Notes: generated from the sequence alone by a model not told the origin. Positions 9,601 through 17,984 are shown, counted from the stretch's first letter. The stretch: 64,000 bases of DNA from an uncultured Pirellulaceae bacterium (GCA_964625155.1 CAZVBC010000001.1:1559-65558); one strand, 5' to 3'. Numbers and translations: made by a program.

Positions 9601-10078
9601 GATGTTGATAGGACGTCTTGTTGCCAAGCAAGCGCCCTTGATCAGTAATGTTGGCATGACCACATACGTACAATACCGCTGGCCAACCTCCTGCTGGGAC
9701 CTCGCCTTTGGGCAAGTACAAATTCGCGCCGACATACAACCCTGGACGCGATTGGTAATGTAGTCGCTGTATCGTCAATCCATCGTGCTCGAACGATTCT
9801 ACGATGGTAGCCTGCAAGTCTGTGCGCTCAGGTAACGGGGCCAACCCCAACATCTCCTTTAGTTCTGCGTGCCACTTTGCCCGAGTCGTCGGCCAGTTCT
9901 CGCTGGTCACGGCCTGAAGGTCTGCTGCGCTTCGCGCGGCTATCCTCGCGACTTCGTCGTGCAAATACTTTTTCCATCCAGGATCTTGAGCCAATGAACT
10001 CGTCCGAAATACCAACACCGTCGTAAATGCAAACACCGCTATCCGAAAAACAATGCTGATTCTATTTCGTTGGTTCAT
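6686..10078 (-). CDS. Secreted fusion protein: N-terminal alpha/beta-hydrolase (acetyl-xylan-esterase or dienelactone-hydrolase-like) plus C-terminal PhoD-like metallophosphatase
   Basis: A 1130-aa ORF with signal peptide 'ISIVFRIAVFAFTTVLVFRTSSLAQ'. The hydrolase nucleophile elbow is 'GITGRSGGG'. The C-terminal half carries PhoD-type blocks: 'VLAGDVVYYDA', 'LKDDHDTYVNDSW', 'ILGAEQKKWL', 'VVVCGDRHWQYH'. Confidence 0.75.
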   Translation of the reverse strand: MNQRNRISIVFRIAVFAFTTVLVFRTSSLAQDPGWKKYLHDEVARIAARSAADLQAVTSENWPTTRAKWHAELKEMLGLAPLPERTDLQATIVESFEHDGLTIQRLHYQSRPGLYVGANLYLPKGEVPAGGWPAVLYVCGHANITDQGRLLGNKTSYQHHGLWFARHQTVCLIIDTIQLGEFHGEHHGTYKMGRWDWISRGYTPAGVEAWNAIRGIDYLQSLKQVDANRIGITGRSGGGAYSWFAAALDERIKAAVPVAGITDLEDHVVNGCVEGHCDCMYFVNYHGWDYPKLAATIAPRALLLANSDTDGIFPMVGVVRTHMQVRRVYEALKASDKYGVLITPGPHKDTQELQVGAFRWLLKHLTGVEPIVERAALKEFPMERLAVFDKESPLDEKVTSASNWFVSAASPVTDVSQAAQLWKDQWRTAIARTVPLAEALAQPSVGYTTVLEGQHGTWRWRLRELNSDHPWKSRWLELESTASVSGTENMIHVGVVTTSTLTDSAAIGRELTTGDLPRRLAKSNAAKHFVLLPRGHDWTQWGPTVRSQTQIMRRFYLLGQSVEGLALVDILKMYVALSEQSDRASTWDMVGHDRWSPLATIAGLEIANSPSRNLPKLARLHVSNYPTDPLLAPALPGIMRVSDYGSLLAAAKGTLRVVESTSTDRSMPTLLVDTAIAPQQSMGFRIVEVGQKQATIWARATRWPLPNLGDLPEVRFRKVAGKKNAKQNSGPLLPESGVDGLRFAVPGVVAEMRLRFRRAGEAPWTDSAWTKVDHQSDFSCLLPMQELVADSQYEIRVEARAPGATSVSTTLAGSLRTLPEADQAKPFRLAVGTCQEFNDRDGAHGFDVYRTMLDRKTDAYVLAGDVVYYDALARSIDLANYHWQRTYSLPTLVNFHKQVPTYFLKDDHDTYVNDSWPGQHFQWTDDFRFEDGQRIFVQQTALPSPAYRTIQLGRDLQIWMLEGRDHRSPNNAKDTPDKTILGAEQKKWLEQTLRTSTAKFRVIISPTPIVGPDRENKHDNLSNDNFTHEGRQIRQLLASFSNTVVVCGDRHWQYHSVDPETKLHEFSVGPVSNRHASGWKKDDFRPDMHQYLRVAGGYLEIELSYRDSQAQLVLAHLDPYGQEHHRHELR

Positions 10079-10368
10079 GTGTAAACTCCCGACAAATCGT
10101 AACCGATTACAGCTTGACGCTACTTAATGCAGATTCTTGACGCAGTCATTATTGCATCCAGCGAACTTAATGGTGCCGTATTGTACTCCATCAGCTCGTT
10201 TTTTTTCACTCCCGAGTAGCAATGCCTTGTGCTGCGTCCAGACTAAATAAGCATTCAATGTTTGCCGCGACGATGGAATCCTTGCCATCGCATTCCTCAT
10301 TACGCGCCCAATCACTCGTCACGTAATACACGATACTACCATGCGACTTGAAAGAACTTTCGACACAA

Positions 10369-11124
10369 TCAATCGTCGTGAAGTTCACCAACGAGATGCT
10401 GCAACATACGTGCGGGGCTATCAAGAAATGATCTTGTGATGCGATAGTGTTCAGTATCCTCGTACGCGATCGGCATGATGCCTTTGTCGCTGAATGAGTA
10501 TATCTTGGCATGTGGGTAACTCATGATGATCGGTGAGTGTGTGGCGATCACCAACTGTGAATCCTGTTGCACGAGGCTATGCAGCAGCACGAGGAATTCC
10601 AGTTGACGTTGGGGTGAAAGCGCGGCTTCCGGTTCGTCAAGAAAATAGAGACCTTGCGAAAAGCGGCTCTCCACCAAGGCCATAAACGCTTCGCCGTGCG
10701 ATTGTTCGTGTAGCGACTTGGATCCATAGCTGGATTGCACACCAAGATTTTCGATCTCAGTTGCAACATTAAACAGACTTTCGGCCCGCATGAACCAAGC
10801 ATCTGGCACGAGAGCATGAAAGCGGCGTACGATCAGTGCCGCGTGCAATTGCGAATGACTTTCCCGAGTCGCAAACGTCATGTTACGACTGCCGCCTTCT
10901 GCGTTCAAACCATTCGCGATCGCGATGGCTTCAAGCATCGTCGACTTGCCGGACCCATTCTCTCCCACAAAAAACGTTACCTTGGGATGCAATTCGAGCT
11001 TCGAAAAATTCTGCAGCGACGGTAATTTAAACGCGTAGTGTTCTGGACCAAAGATTCGTGTTCGGTCCAGATAAACCAACTCGATAAAAGGCCCCGGAGT
11101 AACACCTTGTTTGAGTTTTCTCAT
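10369..11124 (-). CDS. Stand-alone ABC/SMC-like ATPase (COG3910-like AAA_21-type)
   Basis: Walker A 'GENGSGKST', signature-like 'QSHGEAF', Walker B 'LYFLDEPEAALSP', H-loop 'VIATHSP'. It is 251 aa with no transmembrane or substrate-binding partner adjacent. Confidence 0.8.
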   Translation of the reverse strand: MRKLKQGVTPGPFIELVYLDRTRIFGPEHYAFKLPSLQNFSKLELHPKVTFFVGENGSGKSTMLEAIAIANGLNAEGGSRNMTFATRESHSQLHAALIVRRFHALVPDAWFMRAESLFNVATEIENLGVQSSYGSKSLHEQSHGEAFMALVESRFSQGLYFLDEPEAALSPQRQLEFLVLLHSLVQQDSQLVIATHSPIIMSYPHAKIYSFSDKGIMPIAYEDTEHYRITRSFLDSPARMLQHLVGELHDD

Positions 11125-11236
11125 GCGTCAAAGGTCGTGTTAATGGCTGGTAAAAATCCGCTGGGTCTCGAGCCAGCGAAATCCGTGGCACAATGGTTTT
11201 GCAATAAAGCAACACTGCATCAGGAACCGTTGGTTG

Positions 11237-11932
11237 TTATCCAAGCATTGAGCTGCGAGTGAATTCCTCAATAGCCTTCCAAACTCGCGCGGGTTGCGTT
11301 TCGAGAATCATATGCGAGCCTTCGATTCGACAGATTTCCAAATCTGGGCGCAATTGTCGAATTGCATTCACGGAGTGCTCCTTTATTAGTTTATCTGCCG
11401 TGGGATGCAGGTAGAGTACGGGGCATGATAATTGCTTAAGTTCTTGTTGAACATCGATCCGCGTTGTTTCCCTTATTCGCCCAGCGAGAATCCGGGATTT
11501 TGCGCGCCGGATCACTGAACGCAATAATTGCACAGTTGCCGGATCAGCAGAGAAGCCAAGCAAATAGTACCGGGCAATAAACGAAGGGATCGGAAAGCGG
11601 AGCATTGTCGCGAGCGGTAAGTATCGAATCCATGCTCCAACCGGAGGTCGAGCAAATGTAGCGACCAGAATCAAACAACGAATTGAGTGATGATGCTCTG
11701 CGGCCAGTTTGATCGCCAAAGGTCCAGAGAACGACTCAGCGATCAGGATACATACACGCGACGCGTCGAATTGTTTCCCCAACTGGGAATATATCGTGGC
11801 ATAGTCCGCACCGTCTGGCGGCAAGTCGACCAATGTAACGTGATAAGATGGTGGTGCAGCGTCGCGGAACGACCTGAGCATCGATGTCGTTCCATCAAGT
11901 CCAGGAAGTACCCATGTCGGTATATCAAGCAT
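11237..11932 (-). CDS. Small alpha/beta-fold hydrolase
   Basis: 231 aa with nucleophile elbow 'IAESFSGPLA' and 'WVLPGLDGT' in the oxyanion region. A C-terminal 'EGSHMILETQP' is typical of the catalytic-His region of alpha/beta hydrolases. Confidence 0.7.
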   Translation of the reverse strand: MLDIPTWVLPGLDGTTSMLRSFRDAAPPSYHVTLVDLPPDGADYATIYSQLGKQFDASRVCILIAESFSGPLAIKLAAEHHHSIRCLILVATFARPPVGAWIRYLPLATMLRFPIPSFIARYYLLGFSADPATVQLLRSVIRRAKSRILAGRIRETTRIDVQQELKQLSCPVLYLHPTADKLIKEHSVNAIRQLRPDLEICRIEGSHMILETQPARVWKAIEEFTRSSMLG

Positions 11933-11973
11933 TCATTTCTATGTCCCGAATGAACCCATTGATGCGCAGATGT

Positions 11974-12837
11974 TCATACCATATCTGAATCGGCTGGCAC
12001 TTCAGCTTCGCGCAATTTGATGTGTACCTCGGTGCGATTCTTGTCGTTAACACGAGCGTATTTGAGGACATCCACCATATCCAAAACAAGCACTAACCCA
12101 AGTCCACCGACCTCTAGGTCGTCTGGATCATCGGTATAGTCCAGTTGTCGATTCCCTTCACGTGGATCAAAAGGCCTGCCATCATCTTCAATCAACAGAA
12201 CAATATGCTCGTCCACAATACTCAAACTGATGTCGATTAAATGTTCATCAAAGTCCATGTAGGCATAACGGATGACATTTACTACTAACTCTTCTAGCGC
12301 AAGATTGACGGTGTAACCTGAACGATACGGAGTCGAATGAGCTTCGAGGAACTCTGCCGCTTTGGCGTAAAGCCCCGGCAATTCGGAGGTATCATTCTTG
12401 ATCGATACTTTGATGCCAGCTACAGCTTGGCCCGTTCCCGTTGCAGTGGTTTCAATACTTGCTGTGGAACTACCGATACTGGGCGCAATGATGGCCGCAT
12501 CGATACCTAATAATTGCAGTGCCTCTTCCATGCCGGCTGCGATGGGCATGACTTTGTCCATCTTCGATGTGCGCAGCACAGATTCGACCATCTCCTGAGG
12601 TTTGACCAGGACCAGTTTGCAACCTGCCTTTTTCAGTATCTTGGTGTTGGCAAACAGAAAGCCAATCCCTAGCGACGACATAAACGTCACGCCGGACATA
12701 TCGACAACGGTCGGCAAACCTCGATCCGTAGCAACTTCAGAAAATCGCTGCTCAATTTCTTCGACACCTGTGGCATCTAACCGGCCAATCAGTGAGACAT
12801 GAGCGAATTCAGTACGATCAATAGCAATTAGTTCCAT
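11974..12837 (-). CDS. Single-chain partner-switching protein: STAS (anti-sigma antagonist) domain fused to an RsbW/SpoIIAB-like HATPase_c serine kinase
   Basis: The N-terminal half 'LIGRLDATGVEEIEQRF...VVDMSGVTFMSSLGIGFL...KLVLVKPQEMVESVL' matches a STAS fold, including a Ser at the usual phospho-site region. The C-terminal half has 'LALEELVVNVIRYAY', 'IEDDGRPFDP' and 'GGLGLVLV' (N, G1 and G2 boxes). The ATG at 12837 is preceded by GGGAGG; the track start at 12852 is a TTG. Confidence 0.75.
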   Translation of the reverse strand: MELIAIDRTEFAHVSLIGRLDATGVEEIEQRFSEVATDRGLPTVVDMSGVTFMSSLGIGFLFANTKILKKAGCKLVLVKPQEMVESVLRTSKMDKVMPIAAGMEEALQLLGIDAAIIAPSIGSSTASIETTATGTGQAVAGIKVSIKNDTSELPGLYAKAAEFLEAHSTPYRSGYTVNLALEELVVNVIRYAYMDFDEHLIDISLSIVDEHIVLLIEDDGRPFDPREGNRQLDYTDDPDDLEVGGLGLVLVLDMVDVLKYARVNDKNRTEVHIKLREAEVPADSDMV

Positions 12838-13086
12838 GGTTTGACCTCCCAAAAAATATGGCGCATTTTATAGCACAATCAAGCGTATTGCATCAGGCGC
12901 CATGCGAATCCTTAATACTTCCCTGTACTCGCATAGGTGTCGGTTCTTTGCAGGTTGCGACGGAACGAAATCTCTGGCAAGACGTCGAGTCAGCAGGTGA
13001 TTGTCCAGATAAAACACACGGTAGAATTCGCTGACCAATAAACCCTGCCGATAAAAGCGTATGATTCGCCCAACGCAGTGCAATGA

Positions 13087-14451
13087 TCAACGCAAAACCT
13101 TGGTCATAAAATCGATCGATTCTTTGAATTCGAAGTAATTCGTGTGATGAACTCGATGGTTCATGCCAAAATTCAATTGGTGCGACTTGGGAATCGGACC
13201 AGTTTGTTCCCCGAGGTCCAGCATTGATGATGTATCGACGACCATGTCATGTGGCCCTGGAAAGATCTTGTCGGCTGCCAGCGATTTAACACGAGTATTG
13301 ATTTCGGTGAAATATTTCCAAAACTCCCAGCCAACATCTTTGGGGCGGAAACTGCTTGTCACAAAGTAGTAATTCGATAGATGCGCCGGGCGATTGCGCA
13401 GTTCATTGAGTTCGTAATTGTTCTGTACTCGCGATTGCGCATCCAGGCCAGGAACTAGCGCGATGACTGCGTCCGCGACCGGCGTCTTGGACACGATCGA
13501 AGCGGTCGAGCAAACCAACGACATCAAGAACTGGGCAACTGACAAGTACGGGACAATCTTCGAAGCGACATCAAGTCCCTTGTCCACAACTTGTCCTATA
13601 TTCGTGAAATAGTCGATGGCTGCTCGCACGCGATCAGGTGCCGCTAAGCTAGTGCCCGACAAAGGCGCTCCGACAAAAATGACCTTGCCGCGCTGCTCAG
13701 GACGACGACAAGCCACTTCGTACCACCAGCGTGATACCAACCCACCACGACTGTGACAAACAATATCGATTTGTCCTGTATTCGGAAGGAGCGATTCTAG
13801 TTGCAAGGCATTGATGAGCGGACTTCGCGACAGCGTACCGTGGTTGAAGCACAAGATCGCATCGTACCTTTGGCTAGCCCAAGCGATAAAGGACTCGTTG
13901 GCACCTTGGACAACAGTGTTCAGCGACTTGACACAGTTTTGGCAGTTACTAAACGTGCCGTGGATTATCAATAGGACACGGCCCCAGTTTTTGCGCCCGC
14001 GATTTACTTCGACCAGTTGCCCTTGCGACAATTGCCAGAGACCTTGTTTGGGAGTCAGCCGTTCGTCAATCCAAGCAAGATAACGATATACATCGGAAAG
14101 CCCAACGGTATCGAACGTAAATTGCTCGACAATCATTTGGCTATCGATCGCCGGAGCGCGCCGCGCGGCTCGTTTCGATCCAAGGGACGCTGCGGCAACA
14201 GCGCTTCCTGGATGCCAGCGCAAGACACCCTTTGGATCCACGGCCAAGGTCATGATAGCCTCTCCCTCATCCGCTCTGGAAAGTCGTTTTTTTCGCAGGG
14301 CGGCAGTCGACATTCTTCTTTTTCCGGAAAACGTCTCACTGCTGACATCAGGGGCCACGCCAACCAACTCGCCTGAAGATCGCAATCGCTGACGAAGCTC
14401 CTCAAGTTGGCCAATCGAAAAGTGAGCTTGAGATATTGGGGACGCGGGCAT
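13087..14451 (-). CDS. Orphan serine alpha/beta-hydrolase (lipase/esterase-like) with an Arg/Lys-rich N-terminal extension
   Basis: 'VLLIIHGTFSN' (oxyanion-hole region), 'DIVCHSRGGLVSRWW' (Ser nucleophile elbow), 'VIFVGAPLSGT'. Late Asp and His candidates are 'HDMVVDTSS' and 'HRVHHTNYF'. There is no signal peptide. The ATG at 14451 shares one base with the upstream gene's TGA, and GGAGG lies 9 nt upstream. Confidence 0.55.
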   Translation of the reverse strand: MPASPISQAHFSIGQLEELRQRLRSSGELVGVAPDVSSETFSGKRRMSTAALRKKRLSRADEGEAIMTLAVDPKGVLRWHPGSAVAAASLGSKRAARRAPAIDSQMIVEQFTFDTVGLSDVYRYLAWIDERLTPKQGLWQLSQGQLVEVNRGRKNWGRVLLIIHGTFSNCQNCVKSLNTVVQGANESFIAWASQRYDAILCFNHGTLSRSPLINALQLESLLPNTGQIDIVCHSRGGLVSRWWYEVACRRPEQRGKVIFVGAPLSGTSLAAPDRVRAAIDYFTNIGQVVDKGLDVASKIVPYLSVAQFLMSLVCSTASIVSKTPVADAVIALVPGLDAQSRVQNNYELNELRNRPAHLSNYYFVTSSFRPKDVGWEFWKYFTEINTRVKSLAADKIFPGPHDMVVDTSSMLDLGEQTGPIPKSHQLNFGMNHRVHHTNYFEFKESIDFMTKVLR

Positions 14452-16688
14452 CAATTAACCTCCGGAAGGGGCAACACATTCTTTTGACGCGCTCGAACGA
14501 CGTCGATCATGCATGCAAACTCTCGCCGATCTACCAAGTTTTCACCGCCAGCATCAATGGCTTGCTCGAGTTTCTTTTCGCTGGTCAGCCATACCGATTC
14601 TAGTGGCACTAAGTATCCGTGGTGAATAGCGTCCAAGATGTGATCGTAGCCTAATTTGTTTAGCATCCATTGAAACTTTGCGTCCTGAGCATCCATGCGT
14701 CCGCGTTCGCTGAAGTCGGCAGCTCGGTCCAGTTTTTCGACTACAGCCTCTTCCCAACCGCCCCAGAATTTGCTCTGTGCCATTGGAGTTTGCCAATACC
14801 CTGGAAAAGCATGTCCATCTAGCAGAAAGATCACCGGATAAATGTCGATCTCTTCCAAACAAGCAGCTAAAAGGACTGTCAGATCGAGACAAGTTCCCGT
14901 ACGGCTTTCAAGTATTTCGCTAGGTGTCCGAATACGCTGTGAGCCAGTCGTGTATGTCGGCGGCGGATTGGTATACAGCAGTGCGCAATCGTATGCCAGT
15001 GCATCCCAGATCGCTTCAACTTGATGAGTAACCGCCACCCAACTTTCTTCCTTAACGTCGTCAACTTGTTGATAGCCATCAAACCCCGACGCATGATCAG
15101 ACGTCAGTCTCTTGAGCCACAATTTAGCTCGATCTTTGATTTTGCCGATCGCAGGATCGCGTGGTTGTACAAACGACGGCAACCAATGCCGTTCATCATC
15201 GGTGTCATTCCATTCATTAATCGGCAGTATTCGCAATACATAATTGTGGTCAAGGACCAGATTGCCTAGCCAATCAATTGAAATCTTCAGCGATGTATTT
15301 ACCGCTTCTTTGAATCGTCTTAATTGCGAGCTTATCAACGATAGTGGCAATTCAGTGCGCAAGTCGATGCCCGCTCCGCTCATCGAGAACCTCTTGGTTT
15401 GCTCAAGGCACTGGTCGCCCAAACTGAGCACCACTCGCACTTGTAAATTGTCCAGCCGCTTGCCGGTTCGATTATGAACGTAGAACTGTTTGAATAAACT
15501 CCGTCCATTGTGTAACAACGAGTAATTGATCTCGCTGCGAGGTTCGATTTTGATCACCAAGTGCTTTTCCCATTCGAATGCACCGTCCGTTACTGGACGA
15601 AAATACTCGAGCTTGCTTCCGGTCTTCAACTGCTCAGCTTCGGCGGTGATTCGCGTGCGAGTTGCAGACGCTCTTGGTAGCAACGAGTTAGCGTTCCAGT
15701 ACACGATGCCGGCGCCGGCCAGAGGCGTTCCACCGCGCATGATCGCCGACAGCGAATCCTGAAATGCTCGCGTTTCGTCATCGACCCATTTCGAGTAAAA
15801 CTCGGCAAAGAAAATCTCCGCTAACATGTCGTCGATGGTATCTTGAAAAGCCACTACCGACTGAGCACCACTGGCCAATATCAATGGCGCAATGCGCGGC
15901 GCGGAATGATATAGATTCAAGCCCACGAGACCGGGTCGAGCGTCTCCAATCGCTGTCGCCAACTCGGATGCAGACACCTGCAACTGTCGCGAATTGCGAT
16001 TCGACTTGAGGTACATGCCATCGTTAAAGCGACTGGTGTGCTCGCCAAGCAACTCGGCACCTTGGTGATTGTCCACGCCGGCAATATGAACGATCCAGGG
16101 TTTGACTCTGTGCAGCGTGGATTTAATGTCCTCAAGTGATGGATTTATTAGTTCGATCTTGCGGCCAGTCCATCGGCTCCCAGCGAGACTATGCGCAACT
16201 GACGTACGCTCGCGCGCAAATGAGTACGCTTCCCCCAGCTTACCCGGTGCTGATTCAATATAAGCGAGCGGTCGAGTCCAACCGGCAGTGGCGCCGGACG
16301 ACCGTGATTTTAATTTCAAGCGTCGCACTACAATCGGTGGCGGGGCATCTGGTGAACGTGAAAAGGCGCGGGTCAACACGAGCTCCCATGGCATAATTCG
16401 TGATTCCCAGTTTTCGGATTCCAATTTGTACGGAATCTCAACTTCGATCAATGATGCCGTCGTCAACGGACGTAGTTGTTCGTCATTAAAACCCAAGCGA
16501 CGAACTTCTTTTTGTAACAACTGACTCATCTTCGTCACATCAGCCATTGACCAATGACTGCGGTTACGAATGAGGTAAGACCAACGTATGGCAAACTCCT
16601 GGAGTACCGCTCCCTGCTTGATCTTCAGCTCAGCTCCGTTGTCCGATCGAATCGTCGCTCCGAGAGCTCCCCTTGCGAGCGTAGCCAT
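14451..16688 (-). CDS. Multidomain protein: CHAT-like domain lacking the catalytic Cys, plus a C-terminal transglutaminase-like cysteine-protease core
   Basis: 'PWIVHIAGVDNHQG' and 'LVGLNLYHSAPRIAPLILASGAQSVVAFQDTIDDMLAEIFFAEFYSKW' align by eye to the CHAT His block and Cys block, but with Tyr where the catalytic Cys sits. The C-terminus 'RTGTCLDLTVLLAACLEEIDIYPVIFLLDGHAFPGYW' is a transglutaminase-like Cys...His core. The likely start is the ATG at 16688, preceded by AGGAG; the track start at 16736 is less likely. There is no signal peptide. Confidence 0.6.
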   Translation of the reverse strand: MATLARGALGATIRSDNGAELKIKQGAVLQEFAIRWSYLIRNRSHWSMADVTKMSQLLQKEVRRLGFNDEQLRPLTTASLIEVEIPYKLESENWESRIMPWELVLTRAFSRSPDAPPPIVVRRLKLKSRSSGATAGWTRPLAYIESAPGKLGEAYSFARERTSVAHSLAGSRWTGRKIELINPSLEDIKSTLHRVKPWIVHIAGVDNHQGAELLGEHTSRFNDGMYLKSNRNSRQLQVSASELATAIGDARPGLVGLNLYHSAPRIAPLILASGAQSVVAFQDTIDDMLAEIFFAEFYSKWVDDETRAFQDSLSAIMRGGTPLAGAGIVYWNANSLLPRASATRTRITAEAEQLKTGSKLEYFRPVTDGAFEWEKHLVIKIEPRSEINYSLLHNGRSLFKQFYVHNRTGKRLDNLQVRVVLSLGDQCLEQTKRFSMSGAGIDLRTELPLSLISSQLRRFKEAVNTSLKISIDWLGNLVLDHNYVLRILPINEWNDTDDERHWLPSFVQPRDPAIGKIKDRAKLWLKRLTSDHASGFDGYQQVDDVKEESWVAVTHQVEAIWDALAYDCALLYTNPPPTYTTGSQRIRTPSEILESRTGTCLDLTVLLAACLEEIDIYPVIFLLDGHAFPGYWQTPMAQSKFWGGWEEAVVEKLDRAADFSERGRMDAQDAKFQWMLNKLGYDHILDAIHHGYLVPLESVWLTSEKKLEQAIDAGGENLVDRREFACMIDVVRARQKNVLPLPEVN

Positions 16689-17051
16689 GATTCTCCTCTC
16701 AGCACAGCTAAAATAATTGTGCTTGTTGTTTTGCAACGCCTAATTGGATAGCGCCACCACTATCGATTATTGCGGAAAGAGCCACGTTGTTGGGGCGAAA
16801 TCGTTTCACTGCGTGCCCATCAGCACATGTGGTTAAACGCGGCTGAATGACAACATTGCCCGGTAGCGCTATTCTGCCGCTCGCCTTACGAACCTATTTG
16901 GCGTGCAAAATAGCGCTTGGCAACTAAGCTTGGGGACTCGTTCTGCTTAGATTTAGTCAACCGGCTCAAACCACAGAACCACTAGAGATTGCCATTCGAG
17001 CGATCTTGCAGGGTCACATGAGCGCAATCAGTGTCGATTGGCAATTTTGTG

Positions 17052-17561
17052 CTAGACGAGATCTTGTTTGCGGCGCAATCGCGACGATTGGCGGGAACAG
17101 GCTTCGCAAACTCCCTGGATGATAAATCGGTGGCTGCGCACACGAAAGCGATGCTGTTTGGCGACATCGTCGCGCAATTGGATCAAGTTCTCGTTTTGAA
17201 ATTCAAGCAGGCTATGGCATTTCACACAGTACAAATGATCATGCTCGGGATAACCGTAATCATGCTCATACACGCTGCGACCATTCAATTCGAAACTGCG
17301 CAATAAACCCGCATCGACAAATTCTTTTAATGTGCGGTAGACAGTTGGACGGCTGACATAATTGTCATGGCCTTTGCGAGGCAACTGGTCGATCAATTGG
17401 TCTGCATCAAAATGTTCGTGGCGACTAAAGACTTGCTCGACCAGGAATCTTCGCTGTTCGGTAATGCGCAGCTTACGACTCTGCAAGTACTCCTCAAACC
17501 TTTGGATGGGAGACTGTGAGACCACCACAGCGTCAAGTTGAGAAGAGTTGTCGTCGGTCAC
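17052..17561 (-). CDS. fur: Fur-family transcriptional regulator
   Basis: 'RITEQRRFLVEQVF....HFDADQLIDQL', 'VSRPTVYRTLKEFVDAGLL', 'HDHLYCVKCHSLLEF' and a C-terminal 'CEAC' are classic Fur DNA-binding and metal-site motifs. The start is a GTG. Confidence 0.9.
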   Translation of the reverse strand: MTDDNSSQLDAVVVSQSPIQRFEEYLQSRKLRITEQRRFLVEQVFSRHEHFDADQLIDQLPRKGHDNYVSRPTVYRTLKEFVDAGLLRSFELNGRSVYEHDYGYPEHDHLYCVKCHSLLEFQNENLIQLRDDVAKQHRFRVRSHRFIIQGVCEACSRQSSRLRRKQDLV

Positions 17562-17984
17562 AACTGTACTTTTTGTCGATTCAGGATATCGATTTCGGCC
17601 AAATTATTAACATCGAGGGGCTGGATGCGTCACTCGCAACAATACAATCAGCCAGTCAAGCCACTTCGAGCGATTGATTGTATTCTGATGATCGCTTTTT
17701 GCCAAACAACAGTCCTGTAATTGCCCATCACAATAAGTTTTGGCCGCTTAATGCCCGGTCAAATAACAACCAAGATCGCGAATAGAGCTTGGTGGGCCTC
17801 GGCACAGGAACAAGGCCGGCGAGCGGAATTGGCAGGTACGAAAATATATCGCCAGTGCCTGAATATCGTTTCGCCAACGGATTCATTCAAACGCGACTCA
17901 ACTTTCCCACTCTGCCCTGCCGGTTCACATAACTAAATTAAGGGAATGGAACCGGAACACAGGGCTGGCAAAGCGGTCCGCGTA

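Noticed and set aside
9221-9763. A 180-aa plus-strand ORF, and similar long antisense ORFs at 50645..51247, 54223..54738, 37349..37948 and 38434..38841
   Set aside because: Each lies entirely antisense to, or overlaps, a gene with strong family motifs. Their translations are low-complexity (Arg/Ser/Pro-rich) with no recognisable motifs. They are typical shadow ORFs.
10124-10368. Protein-like reading frame ('...SIVYYVTSDWARNEECDGKDSIVAANIECLFSLDAAQGIATRE') immediately 3' of the ATPase gene
   Set aside because: There is no in-frame ATG or plausible RBS after the ATPase stop. It may be a relic or a chance ORF, and I cannot support it as a gene.
16845-16859. Fur-box-like 'gaatgacaacattgc' upstream of the pseudo-CHAT gene and downstream of fur
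   Set aside because: It matches the 19-bp Fur consensus (GATAATGATAATCATTATC) only partially and has poor dyad symmetry. It is too weak to call without a position-weight-matrix scan or experimental data.
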